64,000 bases of DNA from Macrostomum hystrix (Eukaryota; Animalia; Platyhelminthes), in contig CATNEN010000007.1 of NCBI GenBank assembly GCA_950097015.1, positions 7,068,001 to 7,132,000 of the forward strand, read 5' to 3'. A model generated the notes under the pieces. That model did no database searches, was not told the origin of the DNA, and worked only from the letters and a program-made list of their open reading frames with translations. Numbering within the stretch: position 1 is the first letter of the stretch; every line of letters starts with the position of its first letter. The position numbers and the translations under genes were made by a program. This document shows positions 23,379 through 35,715 of the stretch, in pieces.

Positions 23379-26300
23379 GTGAATGTGTGCTTGAACTGGT
23401 GAATGGCTGCTTGAACTGGTGAATGGCTGCTTGAACTGGTGAATGGCTGCTTGAACGGGTGAATGGCTGCTTGAACTGGTGAATCTGTGCTTGAACTGGT
23501 GAATGGCTGCTTGAACGGGTGAATGGCTGCTTGAACTGGTGAATGGGAGCTTGAACTAGTGAATGGCTGCTTAAACTGGTGAATGGGAGCTTGAACTGGT
23601 GAATGGCTGCTTGAACTGGTGAATGGCTGCTTGAACGGGTGAATGGCTGCTTGAACTGATGAATGGGAGCTTGAACTGGTGAATGGCTGCTTGAACTGGT
23701 GAATGGCTGCTTGAACGGGTGAATGGCTGCTTGAACTGGTGAATCTGTGCTTGAACTGATGAATGGGAGCTTGAACTGGTGAATGGGAGCTTGAACTGGT
23801 GAATGGCTGCTTGAACTATTAAATGGCTGCTTGAACTACTGGTGAATGGCTGCTTGAACGGGTGAATGGCTGCTTGAACTGGTGAATGGCTGCTTGAACT
23901 GGTGAATGGGAGCTTGAACTGGTGAATGGCTGCTTGAACTGGTGAATGGCTGCTTGAACTGGTGAATGGGAGCTTGAACTGGTGAATGGCTGCTTGAACT
24001 GGTGAATGGCTGCTTGAACTGGTGAATGGCTAATTGAACTGGTGAATGACTGCTTGAACTGGTGAATGGCTGCTTGAACGGGTGAATGGCTGCTTGAACG
24101 GGTGAATGGCTGCTTGAACGGGTGAATGGCTGCTTGAACGGGTGAATGGCTGCTTGAACGGGTGAATGGCTGCTTGAACTGGTGAATGGGAGCTTGAACT
24201 AGTGAATGGATGTTTGAAATGGTTAATGGGAGCTTGAACTGGTGAATGGCTGCTTGAACTGGTGAATGGGAGCTTGAACGGGTGAATGGCTGCTTGAACT
24301 ACTGGTGAATGGGAGCTTGAACTGGTGAATGGCTGCTTGAACGGGTGAATGGCCGCTTGAACGGGTGAATGGCTGCTTGAACTGGTGAATCTGTGCTTGA
24401 ACTGGTGAATGGCTGCTTGAACGGTTGAATGGCTGCTTGAACTGGTGAATGGGAGCTTGAACTGGTGAATGGCTGCTTGAACTGGTGAATGGCTGCTTGA
24501 ACGGGTGAATGGCTGCTTGAACTGATGAATGGCTGCTTGAACGGGTGAATGGCTGCTTGAACTGGGGAATGGGAGCTTGAACTAGTGAATGGATGTTTGA
24601 AATGGTGAATGGGAGCTTGAACTGGTGAATGGGAGCTTGAACGGGTGAATGGCTGCTTGAACTACTGGTGAATGGCTGCTTGAACTGGGGAATGGGAGCT
24701 TGAACTAGTGAATGGATGTTTGAAATGGTGAATGGGAGCTTGAACTGGTGAATGGGAGCTTGAACTGGTGAATGGCTGCTTGAACTGATGAATGTGAGCT
24801 TGAACTGGTGAATCTGTGCTTGAACGGGTGAATGGCTGCTTGAACTGGTGAATCTGTGCTTGAACTGGTGAATGGCTGCTTGAACGGGTGAATGGCTGCT
24901 TGAACTGGTGAATGGGAGCTTGAACTAGTGAATGGCTGCTTGAACTGGTGAATGGAAGCTTGAACTGGTGAATGGCTGCTTGAACTGGTGAATGGCTGCT
25001 TGAACGGGTGAATGGCTGCTTGAACTGATGAATGGGAGCTTGAACTGGTGAATGGCTGCTTGAACTGGTGAATGGTTGCTTGAACGGGTGAATGGCTGCT
25101 TGAACTGGTGAATCTGTGCTTGAACTGATGAATGGGAGCTTGAACTGGTGAATCTGTGCTTGAACTGGTGAATGGCTGCTTGAACGGGTGAATGGCTGCT
25201 TGAACTGGTGAATGGCTGCTTGAACTGGTGAATGGCTGCTTGAACTGGTGAATGGCTGCTTGAACTGGTGAATGGCTGCTTGAACGGGTGAATGGCTGCT
25301 TGAACTGGTGAATCTGTGCTTGAACTGATGAATGGGAGCTTGAACTGGTGAATGGCTGCTTGAACTGGTGAATGGCTGCTTGAACTGGTGAATGGGAGCT
25401 TGAACTGGTGAATGGGAGCTTGAACTGGTGAATGGCTGCTTGAACTGGTGAATGGCTGCTTGAACTGGTGAATGGGAGCTTGAACTGGTGAATGGGAGCT
25501 TGAACTGGTGAATGGGAGCTTGAACTGGTGAATGGGAGCTTGAACTGGTGAATGGCTGCTTGAACTGGTGAATGGGAGCTTGAACTGGTGAATGGCTGCT
25601 TGAAATGGTGAATGGCTGCTTGAAATGGTGAATGGCTGCTTGAACTGGTGAATGGCTGCTTGAACGGGTGAATGGCTGCTTGAACTGGTGAATGGCTGCT
25701 TGAACTGGTGAATGGCTGCTTGAACTGGTGAATGGCTGCTTGAACTACTGGTGAATGGGAGCTTGAACTGGTGAATGGCTGCTTGAACTGGTGAATGGCT
25801 GCTTGAACTGGTGATTGGGAGCTTGAACTGGTGATTGGGAGCTTGAACTGGTGAATGGCTGCTTGAACTGGTGAATGGCTGCTTGAACTAGTGAATGGAT
25901 GTTTGAAATGGTGAATGGGAGCTTGAACTGGTGAATGGCTGCTTGAACTGGTGAATGGGAGCTTGAACTGGTGAATGGCTGCTTGAACTACTGGTGAATG
26001 GGAGCTTGAACTGGTGAATGGCTGCTTGAACTGATGAATGGGAGCTTGAACTGGTGAATCTGTGCTTGAACTGGTGAATGGCTGCTTGAACGGGTGAATG
26101 GCTGCTTGAACTGGTGAATCTGTGCTTGAACTGGTGAATGGCTGCTTGAACGGGTGAATGGCTGCTTGAACTGGTGAATGGGAGCTTGAACTAGTGAATG
26201 GCTGCTTGAACTGGTGAATGGGAGCTTGAACTGGTGAATGGCTGCTTGAACTGGTGAATGGCTGCTTGAACGGGTGAATGGCTGCTTGAACTGATGAATG

Positions 26301-28973
26301 GGAGCTTGAACTGGTGAATGGCTGCTTGAACTGGTGAATGGTTGCTTGAACGGGTGAATGGCTGCTTGAACTGGTGAATCTGTGCTTGAACTGATGAATG
26401 GGAGCTTGAACTGGTGAATCTGTGCTTGAACTGGTGAATGGGAGCTTGAACTGGTGAATGGGAGCTTGAACTGGTGAATGGCTGCTTGAAATGGTGAATG
26501 GCTGCTTGAAATGGTGAATGGCTGCTTGAACTGGTGAATGGCTGCTTGAACGGGTGAATGGCTGCTTGAACTGGTGAATGGCTGCTTGAACTGGTGAATG
26601 GCTGCTTGAACTGGTGAATGGCTGCTTGAACTACTGGTGAATGGGAGCTTGAACTGGTGAATGGCTGCTTGAACTGGTGAATGGCTGCTTGAACGGGTGA
26701 ATGGCTGCTTGAACTGGTGAATGGCTGCTTGAACTGGTGAATGGCTGCTTGAACTGGTGAATGGCTGCTTGAACTGGTGAATGGCTGCTTGAACTACTGG
26801 TGAATGGGAGCTTGAACTGGTGAATGGCTGCTTGAACTGGTGAATGGCTGCTTGAACGGGTGAATGGCTGCTTGAACTGGTGAATGGCTGCTTGAACTGG
26901 TGAATGGCTGCTTGAACTGGTGAATGGCTGCTTGAACTACTGGTGAATGGGAGCTTGAACTGGTGAATGGCTGCTTGAACTGGTGAATGGCTGCTTGAAC
27001 TGGTGATTGGGAGCTTGAACTGGTGATTGGGAGCTTGAACTGGTGAATGGCTGCTTGAACTGGTGAATGGCTGCTTGAACTAGTGAATGGATGTTTGAAA
27101 TGGTGAATGGGAGCTTGAACTGGTGAATGGCTGCTTGAACTGGTGAATGGGAGCTTGAACTGGTGAATGGCTGCTTGAACTACTGGTGAATGGCTGCTTG
27201 AACTGGTGAATGGGAGCTTGAACTGGTGAATGGCTGCTTGAACTGGTGAATGGCTGCTTGAACTAGTGAATGGATGTTTGAAATGGTGAATGGGAGCTTG
27301 AACTGGTGAATGGCTGCTTGAACTGGTGAATGGGAGCTTGAACTGGTGAATGGCTGCTTGAACTGGTGAATGGCTGCTTGAACGGGTGAATGGCTGCTTG
27401 AACTGATGAATGGGAGCTTGAACTGGTGAATGGCTGCTTGAACTGGTGAATGGTTGCTTGAACGGGTGAATGGCTGCTTGAACTGGTGAATCTGTGCTTG
27501 AACTGATGAATGGGAGCTTGAACTGGTGAATCTGTGCTTGAACTGGTGAATGGGAGCTTGAACTGGTGAATGGGAGCTTGAACTGGTGAATGGCTGCTTG
27601 AAATGGTGAATGGCTGCTTGAAATGGTGAATGGCTGCTTGAACTGGTGAATGGCTGCTTGAACGGGTGAATGGCTGCTTGAACTGGTGAATGGCTGCTTG
27701 AACTGGTGAATGGCTGCTTGAACTGGTGAATGGCTGCTTGAACTACTGGTGAATGGGAGCTTGAACTGGTGAATGGCTGCTTGAACTGGTGAATGGCTGC
27801 TTGAACTGGTGATTGGGAGCTTGAACTGGTGATTGGGAGCTTGAACTGGTGAATGGCTGCTTGAACTGGTGAATGGCTGCTTGAACTAGTGAATGGATGT
27901 TTGAAATGGTGAATGGGAGCTTGAACTGGTGAATGGCTGCTTGAACTGGTGAATGGGAGCTTGAACTGGTGAATGGGAGCTTGAACTGGTGAATGGCTGC
28001 TTGAACTGGTGAATGGCTGCTTGAACTAGTGAATGGATGTTTGAAATGGTGAATGGGAGCTTGAACTGGTGAATGGCTGCTTGAACTGATGAATGGGAGC
28101 TTGAACTGGTGAATCTGTGCTTGAACTGGTGAATGGCTGCTTGAACGGGTGAATGGCTGCTTGAACTGGTGAATCTGTGCTTGAACTGGTGAATGGCTGC
28201 TTGAACGGGTGAATGGCTGCTTGAACTGGTGAATGGGAGCTTGAACTAGTGAATGGCTGCTTGAACTGGTGAATGGGAGCTTGAACTGGTGAATGGCTGC
28301 TTGAACTGGTGAATGGCTGCTTGAACGGGTGAATGGCTGCTTGAACTGATGAATGGGAGCTTGAACTGGTGAATGGCTGCTTGAACTGGTGAATGGTTGC
28401 TTGAACGGGTGAATGGCTGCTTGAACTGGTGAATCTGTGCTTGAACTGATGAATGGGAGCTTGAACTGGTGAATCTGTGCTTGAACTGGTGAATGGCTGC
28501 TTGAACTGGTGAATGGCTGCTTGAACGGGTGAATGGCTGCTTGAACTGGTGAATCTGTGCTTGAACTGATGAATGGGAGCTTGAACTGGTGAATGGCTGC
28601 TTGAACTGGTGAATGGCTGCTTGAACTGGTGAATGGGAGCTTGAACTGGTGAATGGCTGCTTGAACTGGTGAATGGCTGCTTGAACTGGTGAATGGGAGC
28701 TTGAACTGGTGAATGGGAGCTTGAACTGGTGAATGGCTGCTTGAACTGGTGAATGGCTGCTTGAACTGGTGAATGGCTGCTTGAACTGGTGAATGGCTGC
28801 TTGAACTACTGGTGAATGGGAGCTTGAACTGGTGAATGGCTGCTTGAACTGGTGAATGGCTGCTTGAACTGGTGATTGGGAGCTTGAACTGGTGATTGGG
28901 AGCTTGAACTGGTGAATGGCTGCTTGAACTGGTGAATGGCTGCTTGAACTGGTGAATGGCTGCTTGAAATGGT
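23379..28973. repeat. 20-bp minisatellite GAATGGCTGCTTGAACTGGT (about 280 units, 5.6 kb) filling a CDK14 intron
   Basis: Direct inspection; a limited set of variant units. Confidence 0.98.
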
Positions 28974-29123
28974 CAATTTATTTTTTTTCGTGAATGGTAT
29001 ATTCATTTTACGGAAATCATATCGCCGAATGTGGAATTAAAAGTTCGTGGTAGGAAGGTGTGTGAATGGGCGTGTTTAAATCGGTGCCAAAAGATGTGGG
29101 CAAATTATCCTCCCTTATTTTAG

Positions 29124-29203
29124 GTTGACGAATTCAATCGTGGCACTGAAGGACATCCGACTGCAGCGGGAGGAAGGAGCCCCTTTCACAGCCATCAGGG
29201 AAG
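29124..29203 (+). CDS. CDK14: PFTAIRE kinase exon (VALK, PFTAIRE helix)
   Basis: LTNSIVALKDIRLQREEGAPFTAIRE; acceptor TTATTTTAG; the donor is non-canonical GCAAGC. Confidence 0.93.
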
Positions 29204-29296
29204 GCAAGCAAAAACTCGCATATCCTTAACATGCTACTGACAAGAAGCCAGAGTAGTGACGCATTGGCTTATAAAAATATAATTTACCGATTTCAG

Positions 29297-29391
29297 CCTC
29301 CTTGCTGAAGGGTCTGAAGCATGTCAATATTGTGACACTGCACGACATCATTCACACTGAGACTAGTTTGACATTGGTATTCGAATATGTG
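29297..29391 (+). CDS. CDK14: PFTAIRE kinase exon
   Basis: (A)[31 protein letters not shown]; acceptor TTTCAG, donor GTGAGT. Confidence 0.93.
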
Positions 29392-29474
29392 GTGAGTCGT
29401 GAGAACACTCCTCCTTATCACCCTCCTAATGTGATTTAAATCCGAACTATCTAATTTCATATGAAACTCCGCAG

Positions 29475-29537
29475 CCACAGGATCTGAGCAAGTACCTTGA
29501 GCAGCACTCGGGAGGTCTCAGAGCTCATAATGCCAAG
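29475..29537 (+). CDS. CDK14: PFTAIRE kinase exon
   Basis: PQDLSKYLEQHSGGLRAHNAK; acceptor CCGCAG (alternative CAG 6 nt downstream), donor GTATGA. Confidence 0.88.
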
Positions 29538-29554
29538 GTATGAATTTGAAACCG

Positions 29555-30525
29555 ATTCATCTACCGACTCATCTACCAACTAATCTACCAACCATCTACC
29601 GACTCATCCATCGACTCATCTACCGACTCATCTACCGACTCATCTACCAACCATCTACCGACTCATCCACCGACTCATCTACCGACTCATCCACCGACTC
29701 ATCTACCGACTCATCTAACGACTCATCTAACGACTCATCTACCGACTCATCTACCGACTTATCTACCAACTCATCTACCAACTCATCTACCAACTCATCT
29801 ACCAACTCATCTACCGACTCATCTACCGACTCTTCTAACGACTCATCTACCGACTCATCTAACGACTCTTCTAACGACTCATCTACCAACTCATCTACCA
29901 ACTCATCTACCGACTCATCTACCGACTCATCTAACGACTCATCTACTAACTCATCTACCAACTCATCTACCAACTCATCTACCGACTCATCTACCGACTC
30001 ATCTAACGACTCATCTAACGACTCATCTACCAACTCATCTACCAACTCATCTACCGACTCATCTACCGACTCATCTAACGACTCATCTACTAACTCATCT
30101 ACCAACTCATCTACCAACTCATCTACCAACTCATCTACCAACTCATCTACCAACTCATCTACCAACTCATCTACCAACTCATCTACCAACTCATCTACCA
30201 ACTCATCTAGTGACTCATCTAGTGACTCATCTAACGACTCATCTAACGACTCATCTAACGACTCATCTACTAACTCATCTACCAACTCATCTACCAAATC
30301 ATCTACCAACTCATCTACCAACTCATCTACCAACTCATCTACCAACTCATCTACCAACTCATCTACCAACTCATCTAGTGACTCATCTAACGACTCATCT
30401 AACGACTCATCTACCAACTCATCTACCAACTCATCTACCAACTCATCTACCAACTCATCTACCAACTCATCTACCAACTCATCTACCAACTCATCTACCG
30501 ACTCATCTACCGACTTATCTACCAA
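29555..30525. repeat. 12-bp minisatellite ACTCATCTACCR
   Basis: Direct inspection; intronic. Confidence 0.96.
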
Positions 30526-30560
30526 TTTCTCTTTCAACCTGCCGCCCACTCCGCCCACAG

Positions 30561-30899
30561 CTATTCCTATTTCAGCTGCTCCGAGGTCTTGAATTTTGCC
30601 ACCGAAGGCGCATCCTTCACCGCGACCTGAAGCCGCAGAACCTGCTGATCTCTTCCATCGGGGAGCTCAAGCTGGCCGACTTTGGCCTGGCCAGAGCTCA
30701 GACGGTACCCAGCCGCAGCTACAGCTCCGAGATCGTCACCCTGTGGTACCGGCCGCCCGAGGTGCTCCTGGGCGGCACCCGCTACTCGGCCTCCCTGGAC
30801 ATGTGGGCCGTCGGCTGCATCCACGCCGAAATGCTGACCGGCTGCGCCCTGTTCCCCGGGGCGCACAGCTCCGACGACCAGCTGGAGGAGATCTTCAAG
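30561..30899 (+). CDS. CDK14: PFTAIRE kinase exon (catalytic loop, activation segment)
   Basis: [29 protein letters not shown]...[11 protein letters not shown]...[13 protein letters not shown]...DMWAVGCI...DQLEEIFK. Confidence 0.95.
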
Positions 30900-30921
30900 G
30901 TGGGGCTCGCTGATTCTCCTC

Positions 30922-31314
30922 AACCTGACCCAGGCTGACCTGACCCATGCTGATCTGACCGATGCTGACCTGACCCAGACTGATCTGACCTAGGCTGACC
31001 CGACCCAGGCTGACCTGACCCATGCTGATCTGACCCATGCTGATCTGACCCCGGCTGATCTGACCCATGCTGATCTGACCCAGGCTGATCTGACCCAGGC
31101 TGACCTGACCCATGCTGATCTGACCCATGCTGATCTGACCCAGACTGATCTGACCCTGACTGATCTGACCCATGCTGATCTGACCCAGACTGATCTGACC
31201 CAGACTGATCTGACCCATGCTGATCTGACCCATGCTGATCTGACCCATGCTGATCTGACTCAGGCTGACCTGACCAGGCTGATCTGACCCAGGCTGACCT
31301 GACCCAGGCTGATC
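30922..31314. repeat. 15-bp minisatellite CTGATCTGACCCATG
   Basis: Direct inspection; intronic. Confidence 0.94.
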
Positions 31315-31446
31315 CATTAATTAAAATTATCACTTGCCAGACGTGGCCTGATTTACCTTTAACTGGAATTCAGCTGGACTAAATTATTATTTCTCCAGGC
31401 ATTTGACGACAGATACGCTCGAATTTTTCATCTAACCGCCCGACAG

Positions 31447-31657
31447 GTGACGGGCCGGCCGGAGCACTCGGCCCCGGACGCCCGTGTGGCGCACCGGCTG
31501 CGCCAGTTGGCGCCGCGCCTGCAGTCTGTGGCGCACGCCGAGGCACTGGCCCTGGCCTGCCTGCAGCTGCGGCCACAGAAGCGGCTGGCTGCGCCTGCGG
31601 CACTCCGGCACGCCTTCTTCCACAGCCTGCCAGCAGAGCTGCTCAGCCTGGAGCCCC
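31447..31657 (+). CDS. CDK14: PFTAIRE kinase exon (subdomains X-XI); alternative in-frame acceptor at 31399
   Basis: ...LRQLAPRLQSVAHAEALALACLQLRPQKRLAAPAALRHAFFHSLP; phase-1 GTGAGT donor at 31658. Confidence 0.85.
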
Positions 31658-31739
31658 GTGAGTGCCTCATTCATCATTCTCACCTGCGCTGGCTTCATTC
31701 TCAAACCCAAGCCTCACCCACCGCTCCCACTCTGGTCAG

Positions 31740-31825
31740 AGGACTCCATTTTCTCGGTGCCTGGAGTTCGACTGCTGCCGGAGCTTCAACGGGTGACCAT
31801 AAAATTGCAGCCGCCGCCGCAGTAG
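31740..31825 (+). CDS. CDK14: PFTAIRE kinase last coding exon
   Basis: (Q)DSIFSVPGVRLLPE...* matches the SIFTVPNVRLQPE C-terminal motif of CDK14. Confidence 0.85.
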
Positions 31826-31881
31826 CCGTGTACACCTTCGATGCTGCCAAACTCAGATGTGCAACTAATACATGTCCGAGC

Positions 31882-31934
31882 TGCCTGTCCGCCTGTCTGC
31901 CTGTCTGTCTGTCTGTCTGTCTGTCTGTAGTCTA

Positions 31935-31969
<35 letters not shown>

Positions 31970-31992
31970 GCCTGTCTGTCTGTCTGTCTGCC

Positions 31993-32041
<49 letters not shown>

Positions 32042-32263
32042 GCCTGTCTGTCTGTCTGCCTGTCTGTCTGTCTGCCTGTCTGTCTGCCTGTCTGTCTGCC
32101 TGTCTGTCTCTCTGCCTGTCTGTCTGTCTGTCTGCCTGTCTGTCTGTCTGCCTGTCTGTCTGTCTGCCTGTCTGTCTGTCTGCCTGTCTGTCTGCCTGTC
32201 TGTCTGCCTGTCTGTCTGTCTGCCTGTCTGTCTGCCTGTCTGTCTGCCTGTCTGTCTGTCTGT
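31882..32263. repeat. (CTGT/CTGC)n microsatellite
   Basis: Direct inspection; just downstream of the CDK14 stop. Confidence 0.95.
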
Positions 32264-32632
32264 CAATGTCATTTCCAGAACTGAATGCAGCAGAATATTC
32301 TAACTATTTACTTTTAAATTCCGTCATTGCAAAGAAGCAAAGTTGAATTTGTCAAAGCTTTCATGTTGCTTTTCGGCCAGATTCTGTTTCACACCTGTTA
32401 TCGAATCGCATACTCAATTCTGATATCAAGCACGAAAATATACAAAGTTGTCAGGCTACTTGACTGACTGCCTAAAAATAGAGGGTGTTCTGTACGTCTT
32501 CTGTACACTAGGGCAATGGGAGAGACAGAACGTACGCAGTTGCAAGCTTATAAACGCACCGCTTCACTTTCTGCTGCAAGACAGATTGAAAGAGAGAGAG
32601 AGACAGAGAGTTGAAGTTAGAATTCGTTAAAG

Positions 32633-32790
32633 ATGCACTTTAGCATCAGTCGGCTGTCCGTACCGATCCTGGCGTTGGCAGTTCTGCTCAGCCTTCTGCT
32701 TCTGGAAGCTTCATCAGCCGCCCGACCGTTGCGTGCGATCCGCGGCCCGACACCGCGGCAAAGACAAGACGCCGTTGCGGTGGGGGCTCG
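32633..32790 (+). CDS. Small secreted protein / candidate peptide precursor, exon 1
   Basis: MHFSISRLSVPILALAVLLSLLLLEASSAARPLRAIRGPTPRQRQDAVAVGA(R) has a clear signal peptide. TATAAA at 32549; GTGAGT donor at 32791. Confidence 0.6.
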
Positions 32791-32859
32791 GTGAGTGTCT
32801 CTTTGAAGGACTCGTCATGGCAGAGTACAGGTAATTCTACGCCAACCCTGCCATTGCAG

Positions 32860-32974
32860 ACGCAAGATTATCAGAGACGCCGATGACGACTTCCTGTTAC
32901 GTAATCGTCTGAGCGGCAGCAATTCCAAACCAATTAGTCGCCGACTCAGGTATCGCCAGCCTGACGATATGTGA
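32860..32974 (+). CDS. Small secreted protein / candidate peptide precursor, exon 2
   Basis: 69-nt intron ending CCATTGCAG with matching phase; RKIIRDADDDFLLRNRLSGSNSKPISRRLRYRQPDDM*, followed by AT-rich UTR-like sequence. Confidence 0.5.
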
Positions 32975-35277
32975 CAGCTTTGTCGACTGCCAATGACTCA
33001 AAGACTGCCAAGAAACTTTTAGTATCTGCAAACGTTTTCCATTTTTTATAAATACATTTCAGGCACTTTGCAATAGAACTTGAAATTACTTGTGCAAAAT
33101 CATGCGACTGTTTAATTATTATGGGGCGAATCGGCCGATTGCCATGGCTCATCAGCCTGGCCAGGTATCTGGCCTGCGAGTGCCTGCGGGGGCGCCAGTT
33201 AGGGCGGACAAAAAGTCAGTAGAGCAACGGAAACGGAAAAAGAAACGGAATTTGAGGTTACAATTGAAATCGGTCTGATTAAACTTACGACACGCCTTGG
33301 ATTATATTGCCCTGGGTGCTTAGGAAATCATTCACAGTGCACTCGGACGAGAAATGAACTGCCGAATCGCTTTTTGTAATGCGGCCCCGCGGTACCGAGG
33401 CGCAGTAGAAATGGTAAAATTCGCTTCTCAACGTACACTGTCACTCTCATGCAACTCCACCAGCTGATGAGATGCCTGGACATCTCTAAAAAAATCCGAC
33501 GCCGGTGATAAATCTGCTCTGTCAACTGTAAGCTTCTATATATAGCTTCACACGAAGGCAGACGAACTTCAGCAGTTCATTGTTGAATGCTTCCAATTGT
33601 CTGTCCGGCTTCTTGCAATTAATTATATTGATGCAAAAAAACTCCTGGATTTTATTATAAACAATTTATTATCATCTTTACAACTCCTGCTTTAAGTCTG
33701 TTAAGTTAAATTTACTCTCGTTCTCGTATATAAACTTAACAAGGACAATGAATCCGATTCATTGCATTTAACTCACAATCAACTGTGAACTTCACATTAT
33801 CTGCTTGATTTATGCACTTATAAAGTAAGACAGCACCTTTTCATGCAGCTATTTAAAAAAATCAAAATAAAACAGTTATCTAAGTCATAGAAGGTGCAGA
33901 ACCGCATTTAGCTTTCTATTATGCAAATAAGAAATAAAAGTACATAAAAATATGTATTTTACTATCGAATCCTATATTAATTGGCAGAAGAAAACCGAAT
34001 TTTAGATAGAGCATTGAAAATATATATTTGTTTTACCAATCTCAAGTGTTATCGTGGCTTGTTTTAAAACTGTTATTCGGAGAAAGTGAGATGTCCATTT
34101 AAATAGTTAAACTGTGTAGCAACCCTGTGTAATCCCGTTTTTGTTAACTGGTTCATGAATCGTTTATAAAAGTAGTATATTGGTATGAATTCAAAAGTCC
34201 CACAGAATGATATAGTTTGGTAATGGTTTTGTACAATTTTAGCGTTAAAAATATTTAAATCCAGTTCAAATTGGCTTTAATACTCTACAACGAATTTTAA
34301 ATAACTTCAAGGCGTCGCCCTTTTTAATAGTTTTCAGATCTTTACTTCCAAGCATCATATGTTTCGTAAAAAATCTAAAAAGTTTTTGTCTCTCTTTTTA
34401 CTTGTTCGTGTTATTTATGCTATTGTTTATTTGGTGCATATTTTTATCTCTTGCTTGATGCCAATTATCTAATGCAATTACAAAAATAAACTTTTTATTG
34501 AGAAGGGATACTAGCTAGCATCTAGTTTTGCTCGTTACTGCTAGTTAAGTTCTCATTCATATAAATATACAATCAAATGCTTATTTTCAATATTAAATAA
34601 TGTGTTCATCTGAACTCGACTATACCATTGTCTATAGTTTTATATGACTATAGGGATGCTGTTTTTATATAATTGGAATTTGGAAAGCCCTAGGCCATAT
34701 ACAAATTATTTTTCTAATAGGCTAGCATAATAAGCTACTTTTTACCTGACAGCTTTTTTAGTTTTTATAAACTAAAATACAGTTGAAGGTAAAATTAAAA
34801 AATTAAAACTAATTATAGTAAGTCCATTAACTAATAAATACACATTTAGTATGGTATTATATACTAGTAATTGTTAATACTTTAAAATCATTATAATTTT
34901 ACTACTTTTGCAACAATAGCTGAGTCAAGAAGTACATTGTATGCACCAATTAAGTTATTTATTTACTTAGACATTTTTCGAGGCATGACACTGGGTGCTT
35001 AAAGCATAAAAAAGAACAAAATTTGTATTGTTATTTTTAATTAAACTCTTTTTCATTAGCTGAATTTGGCTGTAGGTTGCGTTTGCAAAATGTCACCTGA
35101 AAAGACAGTTACTATGCAATGTTAGATCTTAAATGGTTATTTATACGAAGAGTTTTCAGCTATTATTACTCTAGAAACTTGGCAATATATAAAAAAGACG
35201 AGGCTATATGTTTTTTTAACGAACCAGTCATCTAATCGCTTTGCAATTAACAAAAATCCTGGCATTTCTGCCCGCAG

Positions 35278-35629
35278 GCAAGCTGCCAGGCCTGCCAGTC
35301 AGACAACGCATGCGCGCTGAAGTTGACCAGCATCATCCGCGCCTGCCGCAGATTAATGGCGTCGGCACCCGCGCTGCCACCCTGCCGGCCCAGACTCTGC
35401 GTGGCCTTCAGGACCAGCCACTGACTTTGCCGCCAGTTTCGACCTCAGCTGGAGGTGGCGGTGGTGGCGGCCGGTCGTCAAGTAGCGCCTCAGCCAACGG
35501 AGGCGCAGCCAGCACCAACGGCGTCCTCGGAGCGCTAGCGGCTAAAGCTGGCCAGTCAGTGGGCCCCGAGACGGCTATGAAGCTCTATATGCACCGGCTC
35601 AGCGACTTTGAGCACCAGGAGATTCTGGG
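35278..35629 (+). CDS. DYRK2: DYRK2/3-class kinase, N-terminal exon
   Basis: Ends [24 protein letters not shown], the class-2 DYRK NAPA1 region. Acceptor at 35277, donor GTGAGA. No upstream exon identified; in-frame ATG at about 35310. Confidence 0.85.
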
Positions 35630-35715
35630 GTGAGAATTTGTGCTTCGTGCAGTAGCTGCTCGGCCTACTCGCACTCAAGAGCTATTCTTCTCCCTCACTT
35701 CCGGCCCTCGACCTT

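Noticed and set aside
29540-30592. 350-aa Ser/Thr/Asn-rich mucin-like ORF (and its DELV antisense)
   Set aside because: It lies entirely within a GT-AG intron of CDK14 bounded by conserved kinase exons, and is a translation of a 12-bp repeat.
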